Position numbers and translations under genes: made by a program
Part shown: one piece after another, positions 35,543 through 46,154 of the stretch
Position numbering within the stretch: position 1 is the stretch's first letter
Layout: every line of letters starts with the position of its first letter
Assembly: GCA_044376115.1 (NCBI GenBank)
Contig: JBILLK010000006.1
Coordinates: forward strand, 96,001-160,000
Direction of reading: 5' to 3'
Source of the DNA: Polyangiaceae bacterium
GTDB lineage: Bacteria; Myxococcota_A; Polyangia; Polyangiales; Polyangiaceae
DNA: 64,000 nucleotides
Notes under the pieces: model-generated
The model's input: only the letters and a program-made list of their open reading frames with translations
What the model was told of the DNA's origin: nothing
Databases searched by the model: none

Positions 35543-37542
35543 CGGCTAGCCTGGTCTGGAACACGCTCACGACCGCCTTCATGGCGGTCGTGGCGTGTTC
35601 CGAGCCGGAGCCTCAGCTTCCCCCTCCGGGAGCTGTGGACGGGTGCGTCAACGGCCAGAAGGATGAGGCCGAGAGTGACGTCGACTGCGGCGGGATCTGC
35701 GCTCGCTGCATCGACGGGCTCGCCTGCAGCTCGCCCTTCGATTGCAACTCAGGCGTTTGCGCCAATGCGGTTTGCGCGGCGCCTTCGTGCTTCGATGGCC
35801 TCAAGGACGGCGATGAGTCCGACGTGGACTGCGGTCATGCGTGTCCGCAACGTTGTGATGCAGGGGCTAGCTGTGACAGCGCTGACGATTGCGCTTCAGC
35901 GGTCTGTGTCGAGGGAGTTTGCTCCGCCCCGCGCTGTGATGACGGGGCTCGTAACGGCGATGAAGCCGACGTGGATTGTGGTGGTAGCTGCTCGCCTTGC
36001 GCCGTTGGCCAAGTGTGCGAAGCGCCCACCGATTGCGAGAGCGCGCTGTGCGTGGAGGGCGCTTGTGTCGAAGCGAGCTGCGCCGATCAGCTGCAAAACG
36101 GCGATGAGGCCGACGTGGATTGTGGTGTCGCCTGCCAACGCGGCTGCGGACCGGGAAAGAGCTGTGGCAGCGCAGCAGACTGCGCGGGCGGAAGCTGCGT
36201 GAACTCGATCTGCCTTCCGACCTGCTTCGATGGCTACGCTTCCGAAGCCGAAAGCGACGTTGATTGTGGTGGCCCGTGCGTGCCCTGCAACACCGGCGAA
36301 AGCTGCTCGCAAGCGAGCGACTGCGTGGGTGGGATTTGCGAGCTTGCACTATGCGCTGCAAGTTGCAGCGACCTGCAGCTGAGCTCGAGCTTGGGTGAGA
36401 CCGACGTTGATTGTGGTGGCAACTGCAGCGGCTGTACGCTGGGCGCTCAATGCAGCGTCGCCTCCGACTGCCTCTCCGATAGCTGCCTCGGCGGAGTTTG
36501 TATCCCCGCTCCATCGTGCAGCAACGCCCTGCTCGACAGCAATGAGTCCGACATCGACTGTGGTGGCTCTTGCCCGCCCTGCGCGACGGGGCTCGCGTGC
36601 GCGGCGCACGCCGATTGCGTGGGTGAGCTGTGCCTTGCCGCCATCTGCGCCGAAGGCAGTTGCGCTGACGGCGTGGCGAACGGCGCGGAGACGGCGCTCG
36701 ACTGTGGTGGCGATTGCGAGCCGTGCGCGGTCGGCGCTGCTTGTAACGTTTCGAGCGATTGCCTCTCGCTTCAATGCCAGGCTGGAATCTGTTTTCCAGC
36801 GACCTGCTTCGACGAGCTCAAGAACGGTGAAGAGTCGGCCGTCGACTGTGGCGGCGACGCTTGTGAAGCTTGCGCCGATGGCCAACCGTGCGAGAGCTCG
36901 AGTGACTGCGCCTCCTTACGCTGTGAGAGAGGCAGCTGTATTGCCGCGGCCTGCGACGACGGCATCGCGAACGGGAGCGAGACGGCCGCCGATTGCGGCG
37001 GAGCGTGTGCCCCTTGCGACGACGGCGCCGGCTGTATCGAGAGCGCTGATTGCGTGAGTAAGGTGTGCTCGGGCGACCCAAAGTTGTGTCAGGTCCCGTC
37101 CTGCTACGACAGCGCGAAGAACGGCGATGAAACGGCCTTCAATTGCGGTGGTTCTTGCAGCCCGTGTCCACCGCTTTACCCGTGTTTGGTCAACGCGGAC
37201 TGCGTTGGTGGCGTATGCCAAGCGGGGATCTGCCAGCCGACCTGCAACGACGGCGCGCTCAACGGCGCCGAGGCCGATCGCGATTGTGGTGGCCCTTGCG
37301 CACCGTGCCGGCCCAATCGGGATTGCTTCGATGACGGCGATTGCACGACGTCGATTTGCGCCTACTCGGGGCACGGCCTTCACTGCCAACCGTTGAGTTC
37401 CTGCTCCAACGGCCAACAAGATGGCAGTGAAACCGACGTGGACTGTGGGGGCCCTCTCTGCGGTTGGTGCACGGCCAACGACTCGTGCTTGGTCGCCGAT
37501 GACTGCCAAGGCTCCCAATGCGAAGCCGGCGTCTGTCAGTGA
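35521..37542 (+). CDS. Cys-rich repeat lipoprotein (13 x ~48-aa ExDVDCGG repeats)
   Basis: Lipobox-like AVVAC; repeated C.DG..NG.E.D.DCGG.C..C..G..C....DC....C....C. Confidence 0.85.
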   Translation: MGKAPSLTASLVWNTLTTAFMAVVACSEPEPQLPPPGAVDGCVNGQKDEAESDVDCGGICARCIDGLACSSPFDCNSGVCANAVCAAPSCFDGLKDGDESDVDCGHACPQRCDAGASCDSADDCASAVCVEGVCSAPRCDDGARNGDEADVDCGGSCSPCAVGQVCEAPTDCESALCVEGACVEASCADQLQNGDEADVDCGVACQRGCGPGKSCGSAADCAGGSCVNSICLPTCFDGYASEAESDVDCGGPCVPCNTGESCSQASDCVGGICELALCAASCSDLQLSSSLGETDVDCGGNCSGCTLGAQCSVASDCLSDSCLGGVCIPAPSCSNALLDSNESDIDCGGSCPPCATGLACAAHADCVGELCLAAICAEGSCADGVANGAETALDCGGDCEPCAVGAACNVSSDCLSLQCQAGICFPATCFDELKNGEESAVDCGGDACEACADGQPCESSSDCASLRCERGSCIAAACDDGIANGSETAADCGGACAPCDDGAGCIESADCVSKVCSGDPKLCQVPSCYDSAKNGDETAFNCGGSCSPCPPLYPCLVNADCVGGVCQAGICQPTCNDGALNGAEADRDCGGPCAPCRPNRDCFDDGDCTTSICAYSGHGLHCQPLSSCSNGQQDGSETDVDCGGPLCGWCTANDSCLVADDCQGSQCEAGVCQ

Positions 37543-37561
37543 TTCAGCGTCTGTTTGCTGC

Positions 37562-38023
37562 TCAGCGTGCGCAGCTGAGCGGCTTCTGATCGTTTGGCAC
37601 CGAGGCTCCTGCCATCAGCGCGGCGACTCGCGCGTTCTCCTTCTCGAGCAGGGCTTTGTCATCCCAGGGGAACTCGCCACCGGTGGTCTCCCCGAGCTCG
37701 TTGCCGTCGATGTCGAACACCAAGTTGCCCTTGTCAGCGATCATTCGTGAGGGCGTGACGCTGAGCCGCGTAGGCTTGCCGTTGGCGAAGGCGATGAAGA
37801 CCTTCGAGCCCTCGTCAACGTACTTGGCCTTGCAGACCTTCTCGAGGGTGCTCGCTGGGATCAGGCTGGCACTCGGCGATACGCTGGGAGCTGCGCTCGC
37901 ATTCGCAGCGCTGCTCACTTCAACGTTCGGCGTTGAAGAAGATGCTGCGGTCGTTGAGGTCGGGTTTCCCGAGCTACAGGCGGCGAGGGTCAACAAGGCC
38001 GAGAGGAGGAGCGTGCACTTCAT
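37562..38023 (-). CDS. Hypothetical lipoprotein
   Basis: MKCTLLLSALLTLAAC lipobox, Ser/Thr/Ala linker, small globular domain. Confidence 0.75.
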   Translation of the reverse strand: MKCTLLLSALLTLAACSSGNPTSTTAASSSTPNVEVSSAANASAAPSVSPSASLIPASTLEKVCKAKYVDEGSKVFIAFANGKPTRLSVTPSRMIADKGNLVFDIDGNELGETTGGEFPWDDKALLEKENARVAALMAGASVPNDQKPLSCAR

Positions 38024-38073
38024 GGTGCGTTGGACGGTTGGTCCGCTCAAAGGATCTGATGAGCGAATAGAGT

Positions 38074-39585
38074 TCAGCTTTTGTCCAGCTCGCGGGTAGC
38101 GTCGTCCTCATCGGCAAAGACCAGAGGTGCGTTGCCACTCCCGAGGCTGGCTCGACCGCGGCCTGCCGCTTTGGCCTCGTACAGGTTCTTGTCGGCGATC
38201 CCGAACAGATCGTCGGGATAGTCCGAATCTTCGGGATAGGAAGCGGTGCCGATGCTCAGCGAGACGCTGCGGCGATGCGCTGTCACGCCAATGCGGCGAG
38301 CGACCTGAGCTGCCTCGAGGGCACCTGCATCCGGCAATAACACCACAAACTCGTCGCCACCAAAGCGCGCCGCAACATCGTGCGCTCGCAGCGTCGCGCT
38401 CAGGATCTTGCCGACGGTGCGCAGCACGCGGTCACCGCCCTCATGCCCGTCCTTGTGATTGACCTCACGGAACTCGTCCAAATCGAGCACGAGCAAAGAG
38501 AGCGGGGTTTTTCCGCGTTGCGCGCGGGAGCGTTCATGGGTGAAGCGCGACTCGAACTCGCGCCGATTCAAGAGCCCGGTGAGTCCGTCGGTGCGGGCCA
38601 GTTGCTGAACCTCTTTGAGCAGGCGCAGCGTTTCCCACGCGAGCCCGCCGTGGGCGGCGAAGTTCCCGAGGTTGTGGACGAGCTCGGGATCGAGCGGCTC
38701 ATCGGAGAATTTGCGGTCGGCGTAGACCAGCCCGAGCACGTGTTCTTGCACCACGACCGGCGCGAGCACGAAGCGGCTGGGCGCGGCCAAGCTGCGTAGC
38801 CCCTCGCATTGGGGGCCCTCCGTTCGCTCGAACAGGCGCACGCTGGCGAGGGCTTGTTGCGCCTCGGCGCTGCGGTCGAGCGTCGTCTTGCGCACGAGCT
38901 CGCCGAAGCGGCCTACGGTTGAACCGCCCGCGAGCTGTCTCTCGAAGGGGATGGCCTGTTCTTCGAGCGACTCCCAGGTGCGATGGGCCTCAGCAGCGTC
39001 CGCCGGCCCGATGCCGAGATGGCCCTGAAAGCCGCCGCGCCCGTCGCTGACGAACAACGCCGCTCGATGAAAGCCGAGCCCGGAGCCAGCCGTAATGGCG
39101 CCAAGAAAGGTGGCCAGCGCATGTTCGAGCGGATCTTCCAAAGCCGACCTCTTCGTCTTTGGGCCAACCGCGGAGTGGTCCAACATCACGCCCAAGGCCG
39201 CGTGCAGCGCGTCGAGCCTCGCTAGTTCTCCGAAAGCGCCGTGGGCGATCCCGACGAGCTCGCTGGGAGAGAGCAAGCGCGCCGCAACTTCGTTGATCAA
39301 GCTCTCGAGCGGCTGGCCCAAGCTCTCCCACTCGATCTCGAGCCTCGTGGCTCCTCGGACGAAGGCGACCGAGGTGGCACCTCCACCCTCCGTCTGTTCG
39401 AGCAGCAGGTGCTTCGGCTCGAGCGAAGCCAACTTGAGCAACTTCGGTAACGTCTTATGGAAGTGGGCGTCGGCCCCAAGCGTGACCTGCAGGGTCACAG
39501 GCCCGATTCGGCGCCAAAGTCGGCGCACCGACTCAGAGACGTGCGCTATGCGGACGGTGCGATCGAAGTCGGGCGGAGGCGGCAC
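38074..39585 (-). CDS. GAF-GGDEF diguanylate cyclase
   Basis: GAF-like segment (LGLVYADR), TDGLTGLLNRR, RxxD I-site (RAHD), intact RFGGDEF. Confidence 0.92.
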   Translation of the reverse strand: MPPPPDFDRTVRIAHVSESVRRLWRRIGPVTLQVTLGADAHFHKTLPKLLKLASLEPKHLLLEQTEGGGATSVAFVRGATRLEIEWESLGQPLESLINEVAARLLSPSELVGIAHGAFGELARLDALHAALGVMLDHSAVGPKTKRSALEDPLEHALATFLGAITAGSGLGFHRAALFVSDGRGGFQGHLGIGPADAAEAHRTWESLEEQAIPFERQLAGGSTVGRFGELVRKTTLDRSAEAQQALASVRLFERTEGPQCEGLRSLAAPSRFVLAPVVVQEHVLGLVYADRKFSDEPLDPELVHNLGNFAAHGGLAWETLRLLKEVQQLARTDGLTGLLNRREFESRFTHERSRAQRGKTPLSLLVLDLDEFREVNHKDGHEGGDRVLRTVGKILSATLRAHDVAARFGGDEFVVLLPDAGALEAAQVARRIGVTAHRRSVSLSIGTASYPEDSDYPDDLFGIADKNLYEAKAAGRGRASLGSGNAPLVFADEDDATRELDKS

Positions 39586-39657
39586 GGAGCGCTATCATCT
39601 TCCGCAATTGGGCAGCGGCCAAGAGACGTGACGAAAGTCTCCCGTAGTATGGACCCG

Positions 39658-41514
39658 CTACCCAGTAAACGTGGCGTAGACGCGTGAGGCTGTGTCGAGC
39701 AGCCGGTCGAGCCCGCGCGGCTCGAAGTTGGAAACGCCGTCCTGCGCGATCACGCAGAAGCCGGTGCGAAACTCCAGCGAACCGGTAAAACCGCTCTGGA
39801 TCAGGTATTGACGCAGCGGCATTGGCAGCGCCGCGTGGGCCTCTTCAGGCGATGGGCCCGCTAGGTCGTACCGCTGCTCAAGCCACGGATCGCCGATCAA
39901 AAATGGGCGCCCGCGGTTGACGAGGTCGTCCAGGATCTTCAGACCTTTGGCCATGCCGTCGGCAAGTCCGCTGGCTCGCTTGGAGCGCACGGCACAGCGG
40001 TACCGCAGCCTGGGCGAATGCACCACGGCGATCACCAGCCGGTCTTCGTTGACCGTCTTGCGAAAGGCCTCATCGACCGCCACCTCGGCCAGTAACAGCT
40101 CTCCATCTGGAAGCAGCAAGCGAGCCTCGCGGCCTACCAAGATGATCCGTCCAAGATGATGAAGCGTCCCTGCTCCAACGTACGGTCGCGGATCGGCGAC
40201 GGCGCGCAGCTCCAGCTGGCGGTAGGTGGCCCAGGCCGTGAGCTGCGGATCATGAGATCCATGCTGGTAGGCAGGAGCCGCCGGCTGCGGACGTTGGAAA
40301 GCGGCCGGCGGAGGTGAACTCGCGACTGCCGCGTGCCCTTGCGTGGCAGGCTGTGCTTGAGTGGGAGGCTGCACCCGCGGAGGTGTTGCGCTGAAGCTCT
40401 CCGCAGGCGTGCGACCGTAGTTTGCGGCAACCGGCGGCGTTGTGACTGCAAACGCAAGCTCGCTCGAAAGCGGGGTTCCAGCATGCGACGTCATTGCCGC
40501 AGGCTCGGTGGGGATCGTCTTCTGTACGGCAAGCGGGTGAGCTTGCGCGGGGGTATTCGGTGCGAGCGAAGGGGCCGCGGTGCTCAGCGCCGGGCTCTGC
40601 TGCCCAAGCGCGCTGGCCAACGCTTGGAAGGCCTCGAGGGCGCTCGCGAAGCGCTTGGTTGCGTCGAGGTGGAGGCAGCGCGCCATCCAGGGATCCAGCG
40701 CCGCTGGTAAGTGATGCCCAGCCTCGAGGCCACGCCGCGAGGGAAGGGGAGGCGGCTCGAGGACGATCTTCACTGGTAGCTCGGCCAGCGTCGTGGCGCC
40801 CCACAGCGCGCCGGATTGCGCGCCCGTAAGCATCTCGAACACTACCAAGCCCATCGCCCAAATGTCGGTGGCCGCCGAGACCACATTCGCGATCGTGATG
40901 CCGCGTTGTTCCCCGATGGCACGCCATGCAGGCCCGAGTTGCTCCGGCGCTGAGTAGGCCGGCGTACCTACGTGGGTCGACGACTGCTGGGTGGTTTCAG
41001 CTAGCTTCGCGATGCCAAAATCGAGGATCTTGAGCGTCGGGAGCGCTTTGCGCGACTTGCAGAGGAACAGGTTTTGCGGCTTCAGATCGCGATGGAAAAC
41101 GCCCGCGAGATGGGCTTGCTCTAGGCCGTCGGCCAGCTGCTCGGTCAGCGCCAACGTATCGCTCACCGAGAGCGCGCCCTGCTTTCGAATGCGCGCGTCG
41201 AGCGGCTCCCCCTCGAGCAGTTCCATCGCCATGAACGGCAGGCCCAGACCTTCATCGATGCCCGCGTCGAGCACGTCGACGATGTGATCACTGCGACCGA
41301 TGCGAGCGCACACCCGGGCCTCCCGCACGAACATCTCGCGCACCTCCTGGTCCCCAGCGAACTCGGGGCGGACCAACTTGAGCGCGACCGCGCGGTCGGT
41401 TTCGGTGTGGAAGGCGCGGTAAACGGTCGCCATCCCGCCATCCCCGATCAGGGAGTCGATGCGGTAGCGCGCACCACAAATGTGGCCTTTCTCAATCGCG
41501 AGCGTCACGGTCAC
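39658..41514 (-). CDS. Hanks-type Ser/Thr kinase with Pro-rich linker and unknown C-terminal domain (no clear TM)
   Basis: GDGGMATV, VALK, HRDLKPQN, DFG, GTPAYSAPE. Confidence 0.93.
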   Translation of the reverse strand: MTVTLAIEKGHICGARYRIDSLIGDGGMATVYRAFHTETDRAVALKLVRPEFAGDQEVREMFVREARVCARIGRSDHIVDVLDAGIDEGLGLPFMAMELLEGEPLDARIRKQGALSVSDTLALTEQLADGLEQAHLAGVFHRDLKPQNLFLCKSRKALPTLKILDFGIAKLAETTQQSSTHVGTPAYSAPEQLGPAWRAIGEQRGITIANVVSAATDIWAMGLVVFEMLTGAQSGALWGATTLAELPVKIVLEPPPLPSRRGLEAGHHLPAALDPWMARCLHLDATKRFASALEAFQALASALGQQSPALSTAAPSLAPNTPAQAHPLAVQKTIPTEPAAMTSHAGTPLSSELAFAVTTPPVAANYGRTPAESFSATPPRVQPPTQAQPATQGHAAVASSPPPAAFQRPQPAAPAYQHGSHDPQLTAWATYRQLELRAVADPRPYVGAGTLHHLGRIILVGREARLLLPDGELLLAEVAVDEAFRKTVNEDRLVIAVVHSPRLRYRCAVRSKRASGLADGMAKGLKILDDLVNRGRPFLIGDPWLEQRYDLAGPSPEEAHAALPMPLRQYLIQSGFTGSLEFRTGFCVIAQDGVSNFEPRGLDRLLDTASRVYATFTG

Positions 41515-41564
41515 GCGAGCTTAGCACCCAACGTTCCCGTGACGACGTCTCGAGAGCGCACACG

Positions 41565-42926
41565 CTACGGGTTGGCGCGCCGGCTGAAACCAACCGTATC
41601 GGGTTGGCCCTCGGCCGTGGTGACGCCGCGAAACAGCGTGCCGGCGTTGCGCTTGCGGACCAGTTTGTTCTTGAGCTGGTCCTTGAGGTTCGTCGCCACG
41701 CGCAGCGCGTAGATGGCGCGCAACATCGCAAAGCGGCGCAGCACCTCCTTGCTGTCGAAGACGTCCCCAGCGAGCATCGAAATGATCGCTTCTTCGAGCC
41801 GGAACATGTTGCGCGGGTTCTTGAAGATCCAGCGCATGGCAGGCGAGGTGAAGCGGTAGATGAACCAGGAGAAATTGCCGATGCCTTTGCGCACCCGCTC
41901 ATCGAAGGCCTTCTGCAACTTTGCTTCGGCGCTGCGATCGGCGAGCACTCCGTCCACCACTTCGGCTCCGGCTTTGGCGCTATTCATCGCCAAATAGACG
42001 CCGCTCGAGAACACCGGGTCGATGAAGGCGAAGGCATCGCCGATCATGATGAAGCCTTTGCCGGTCATGCGGTCGGAGGTGTACGAGTAGTTCCCCGTCG
42101 CTCGAACCTCACTGATCAACTCGGCTTGCGCCATCCGCTCGTAGGCCTTGGGGGCGAGCTTCAAGGTCGACCACAAGAAGTCCTCCGTGCTCGTGGTACG
42201 GGTCTTGAGATACTCGGGCCAACACACGCAGCCGACGCTCATGATGTTGTCTTGCAGCGGGATGAACCACATCCAACCGTGGTCGAACCAGTAGATGCTG
42301 ATGTTGCCCTGATCGGCGCCGGGGCGGCGGGTCACGTTGCGGAAATGGCCGAAGATGGCCGCGCTCGCGTGATTCTTGTTCTGCGCCTTCATGTCGAACT
42401 TCTTCGACAGGAAGGTGTCGCGGCCGGTGGCATCCACGAAGTACTTGGCGTTGAAGACGAGCTTCTCACCACCCGCCGTAACGGCCTCCGCGCGGCTCTT
42501 TCCCTCGCTGTCCCAAGTGACGCTGTTCAGCGTCACTCCCTCGCGGGTATCCACCCCGTTCTTAGCCGCGTTGCGAAACAACAGCTCATCAAAGTCGCTG
42601 CGTTTGACCTCGTAGGCGTTGGGCGGCGTCTTGTTGTAGGAGCGAGCAAAGTGATAGGTGCGCCACGTCTCGTCGGTGGCGAGCGAGAAGTCGGCTCCGA
42701 GCTTCACCACGCCCATCGCGCGCAGTTCATTCATCACGCCCAGCTCTTCGACGATGGGCATGTTGCAGGGCAGTAGCGACTCCCCGATGTGGAAACGCGG
42801 GTGCGTGTCCTTCTCGAGCACCGTCACTTTGTGGCCCTTGCGGGCTAACAGCGTCGAGATCGTGGAGCCCGCCGGGCCGCCGCCTGCGACCAGAACGTCA
42901 ACATCGATGGTACGAGCAGCTTCCAT
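41565..42926 (-). CDS. Flavin-dependent halogenase-family oxidoreductase
   Basis: GGGPAG, RFHIGESLLP, Lys in VVKLGA, WxWxIP (GWMWFIP), GDAFAFIDPVFSSGV. Confidence 0.85.
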   Translation of the reverse strand: MEAARTIDVDVLVAGGGPAGSTISTLLARKGHKVTVLEKDTHPRFHIGESLLPCNMPIVEELGVMNELRAMGVVKLGADFSLATDETWRTYHFARSYNKTPPNAYEVKRSDFDELLFRNAAKNGVDTREGVTLNSVTWDSEGKSRAEAVTAGGEKLVFNAKYFVDATGRDTFLSKKFDMKAQNKNHASAAIFGHFRNVTRRPGADQGNISIYWFDHGWMWFIPLQDNIMSVGCVCWPEYLKTRTTSTEDFLWSTLKLAPKAYERMAQAELISEVRATGNYSYTSDRMTGKGFIMIGDAFAFIDPVFSSGVYLAMNSAKAGAEVVDGVLADRSAEAKLQKAFDERVRKGIGNFSWFIYRFTSPAMRWIFKNPRNMFRLEEAIISMLAGDVFDSKEVLRRFAMLRAIYALRVATNLKDQLKNKLVRKRNAGTLFRGVTTAEGQPDTVGFSRRANP

Positions 42927-42991
42927 TGGACCCTTATGCCAAGTTGCTGCTCGGTTGACTAGCTGTTCCGCAGGCGCAGCGGAGAGCCCGA

Positions 42992-43495
42992 CTAGCGCTT
43001 GACGCGGAACTCGACGCGACGGTTCTGCTGCAAGCAGGCCTCGTCGGGCGTGGCGCAGACGGGAGCCGTGGCACCGTAGCCGGCCGCCTGGATCGGCTTG
43101 GTGATGCCCTTGGCCATCAGGTACGTAACCACGGCATTGGCCCGCTTCTCCGAGAGTTTGCGGTTGTGATCGAAGTTGCCTTGGCTGTCGGTGTGCCCCT
43201 CGACGTAGACAAGGGTGATCTCCGAATGCTGCAGGATCACGTTGGCCACAGCGTCCAAAACCGGAAAGCTCTCCGGCTTGAGGATGTCTTTGTCTGTGTC
43301 ATAGAAGATCGGCCGAGCAATCTTGATGCGGTCCCCTTCGAGCACGGCGTCACCGGTTGCGGCCACCTGGACTGGCGCGGTAGCGACCGGGATGGGCTGA
43401 GCGGGCGGCGGCGGCGGCGGCGCCTCTTTGGCGCAGGACGCCGTCAATGAACCTGCCAACAAGAGCCCCACCCCAAACAAGCGCGTACGTGCCAT
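42992..43495 (-). CDS. Small OmpA_C/Pal-like lipoprotein
   Basis: Lipobox LTASC, VEGHTD, NRKLSEKRA, NRRVEF. Confidence 0.9.
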   Translation of the reverse strand: MARTRLFGVGLLLAGSLTASCAKEAPPPPPPAQPIPVATAPVQVAATGDAVLEGDRIKIARPIFYDTDKDILKPESFPVLDAVANVILQHSEITLVYVEGHTDSQGNFDHNRKLSEKRANAVVTYLMAKGITKPIQAAGYGATAPVCATPDEACLQQNRRVEFRVKR

Positions 43496-43594
43496 GGGCT
43501 CGGAAGTAGCAGGCCTTTCGCGTTCACACAATCCTCACGAGTCTGCCATCCCCTCCGGAACAAACCTCTGGTAAGGCAGATGTAGGAGTGGCCT

Positions 43595-44761
43595 ATGAAA
43601 TCGACGAAATACCTAATGCTTGCTTTGGTAACTCTGTCTCTTGGCTGTCGCGACGAAGCGACGGGCGGAACTGGTGCTGACGGAGGCGGGACTGATAACG
43701 GCGGCGGCCCGAGCAACGGCGGCGGCCCGAGCAACGGCGGTGGCCCGAGCAACGGCGGCGGCCCGAGCAACGGCGGCGGCGGCGCCACCGGTGCAGAAAA
43801 CACGGCGGCGCTTTGCAGCGACGGCGTCGACAACGACGGGGACACCTTCACCGACTGCCTCGACTTCGATTGCGAGGCCATTCCTGAGTGCATCAAGCCG
43901 GCAGAGGCCTCCAACCCGGCCTGCTCCGACGGTGAAGACAACGACGAGAACGGCTTCACCGATTGTGAAGACCTCGATTGCCAGGAGCTCGCCGCCTGTG
44001 ATCGCGAGTGGTCCAATGCTCGTTGCAGCGACGGCATGGACAGCGACGGCGACGGCGACACCGACTGCGCCGACACCGACTGCCAGAGTGAAGGCATCGT
44101 CGTGTGTGACGGCGACGCGCCCGCCAGCCCGCTCCCGGCCCAAGGCATGTGGGTCACGCTGAGCAATGAAGCGTGCAGCAACGGCGTGAGCGACGACACC
44201 AACACCTTCATCGACTGCTCGGACAACGCTTGTCTCGTGAACCCCGACGCCACGGTTTGCAAGAACCTGCCGCGCGAGGGCACCAACACCACCTGCGCCA
44301 ACGGCATGGATGACGACCTCGACGGCCTCGAGGACTGCGCAGATCCGGCCTGTCGCGCTGAAGGCATCGTGGTTTGCAACGGCATGGTACCGGCGAACCC
44401 GCTCCCCCCGCCGAACATGTACAGCACGCTAGCCAACGCGGCTTGTGACAACGGCACCGACGAGAATGCCAACAACTTCACTGACTGTGAAGACTTTGGT
44501 TGCACGCTCAACCCGGACGTGACGGTTTGCCCCGAGGCGAGCGACGCCGAGTGCTCCGACACGATGGACAACAACGGCAATGGCTTCGTTGACTGCGCTG
44601 ACTTCTCCTGCAGCCAGAACCCCAACATCACCGTCTGCGCTCACGAGCTGAGCTACACCGAGTGCTCGGACGGCGTGGACAACAACGGTAACCCGTTCGC
44701 CGATTGCAACGACTTCAGCTGCAATCCCGAGAACGGCATCAAGAGCCCCGCTTGCCTCTGA
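43595..44761 (+). CDS. Cys/Asp-rich repeat lipoprotein (C.DG.DN...DC.D..C motifs)
   Basis: AGGAG RBS, lipobox LSLGC, Gly-rich linker, about 8 repeats. Confidence 0.85.
   Translation: MKSTKYLMLALVTLSLGCRDEATGGTGADGGGTDNGGGPSNGGGPSNGGGPSNGGGPSNGGGGATGAENTAALCSDGVDNDGDTFTDCLDFDCEAIPECIKPAEASNPACSDGEDNDENGFTDCEDLDCQELAACDREWSNARCSDGMDSDGDGDTDCADTDCQSEGIVVCDGDAPASPLPAQGMWVTLSNEACSNGVSDDTNTFIDCSDNACLVNPDATVCKNLPREGTNTTCANGMDDDLDGLEDCADPACRAEGIVVCNGMVPANPLPPPNMYSTLANAACDNGTDENANNFTDCEDFGCTLNPDVTVCPEASDAECSDTMDNNGNGFVDCADFSCSQNPNITVCAHELSYTECSDGVDNNGNPFADCNDFSCNPENGIKSPACL
43697..43780 (+). repeat. 18-bp tandem coding repeat (NGGGPS) x4.7
   Basis: AACGGCGG[CT]GGCCCGAGC repeated. Confidence 0.92.
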
Positions 44762-44800
44762 GCTGACGGTGCCGAGCTAACGGCGCTTCGGTGCCACGGA

Positions 44801-44841
44801 GAACCCCCGGTCGTTACAACGATTCGGGGGCTTCGCCTTTT
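44801..44841 (+). terminator. Intrinsic terminator-like hairpin between convergent genes
   Basis: GAACCCCCGGTCGTT-AC-AACGATTCGGGGGCTTC followed by GCCTTTT. Confidence 0.6.
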
Positions 44842-44861
44842 GTGCTTCGGTAGCTCGAGCT

Positions 44862-46091
44862 TTAGAGCGTCTCGACGTCCCAGCGCATGCCTCGTTCGCG
44901 CAACCGTGCGGCGAGCTGGCTACCGAGCGCCGAGGCGGGCGTGAGTACTCCGTACGGTCCGGTTCCGCGCGTGCTGAGCAAGAGCAACGCCGTCTCCGAG
45001 AGCATCTTGGCCGTCTCGCCGTAGCCCGGATCGGCCTGTCCGCGGACGTGACATACGGCGCTCGGTTCACGCTCGCCACTGCCCCAACCAAAGACGCGCA
45101 ATTCGAAGAAGCCGCCCTCGCGCGTCTCTTTGGAAGGCCCTTCGCCCGACTTCGGCAGGAAGCGCGTGACCAGCGGCCGTGTGAGGTCGTTCGCGGATAG
45201 CGCGACAAAGGCGCCCAAGCCCGCCGTGAAGCCAACCGCTCGCGCGAGCCCGGCCGCTCCTCGACCCATGCCCATCACCTCTTCGTATCGGAAGTCCTTC
45301 CCGTACGGAAAGTCCAAGAGCGCGTTGGTTCGGCGGACGACCCGCGTGTTGATCCCGGCCATCACGAACGGCGCCGTCCAGTTGCCCGACGTTGGATCGA
45401 GCCCCACGCCCATCGCGTCACCCTTGTCCGGCCCGCGATCCTTGTTGCGTTGCGGGGACAAGGCATACGGATCTCCGAGCAGTCTGCGTACGCGGCGATC
45501 GGCCGAGGCTGCCTCGAGCAGCGAGACCATCGATTGCGCTGTCCCGCCGCTGATTCCGCCTTTGCTCTTGCCGAGCACGAGCTTCGCGCGAGCCAACGCC
45601 GAGCCCCGTTGATCGAAGTGCTCATGCAACAAGAAGACGCCAAGGTCCGAAGGGATCGAGTCAAAGCCCGAGCTCGGCACCAGGCGCGCTTTGGTCTCTT
45701 GCGCGCGGGCGTGACAGCCGTCGATCACCTCGCGAATGAACGGAACCTCGCCGGTGAGATCGCAATAGTCGGTGCCAGCCTCGGCGCAGGCGCGGGCGAG
45801 CGGTAAGCCGTAGCGGGTGTACGGACCAACGGTGGTAACGACGACGCTGGCCTGCTCGGCGACAGCGCGCAGCTCGGCCTCGTTGGCCGCGTCGGCCGTC
45901 AACAGTGCAAGCGAACCAAGCGCCGGATCGATGTCGTAGAGCTTCCGACGCAGCGCCTTCAGCTTGCCGAGGTTGCGGCCCGCGACGGCCCAACGCAGCT
46001 GCGGCAACTTGCGCTTCGCGAGATACTCCGCCACCAGCTCGCCGGTGAAACCGGTAGCGCCGAATAGAACCAGATCGTAGGTGCGTGACAC
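44862..46091 (-). CDS. Saccharopine dehydrogenase-like oxidoreductase / trans-acting enoyl reductase family
   Basis: LFGATGFTG, AGRN, TVGPY, YCDLTGE, GFDSIPSDLG, DPGYGETAKML. Confidence 0.92.
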   Translation of the reverse strand: MSRTYDLVLFGATGFTGELVAEYLAKRKLPQLRWAVAGRNLGKLKALRRKLYDIDPALGSLALLTADAANEAELRAVAEQASVVVTTVGPYTRYGLPLARACAEAGTDYCDLTGEVPFIREVIDGCHARAQETKARLVPSSGFDSIPSDLGVFLLHEHFDQRGSALARAKLVLGKSKGGISGGTAQSMVSLLEAASADRRVRRLLGDPYALSPQRNKDRGPDKGDAMGVGLDPTSGNWTAPFVMAGINTRVVRRTNALLDFPYGKDFRYEEVMGMGRGAAGLARAVGFTAGLGAFVALSANDLTRPLVTRFLPKSGEGPSKETREGGFFELRVFGWGSGEREPSAVCHVRGQADPGYGETAKMLSETALLLLSTRGTGPYGVLTPASALGSQLAARLRERGMRWDVETL

Positions 46092-46154
46092 GGCGCGAGC
46101 CTAGCCGATAAAGCGCGCGGTGGCTCGCCCGAGGACGACCGAAACCACGAGGCT

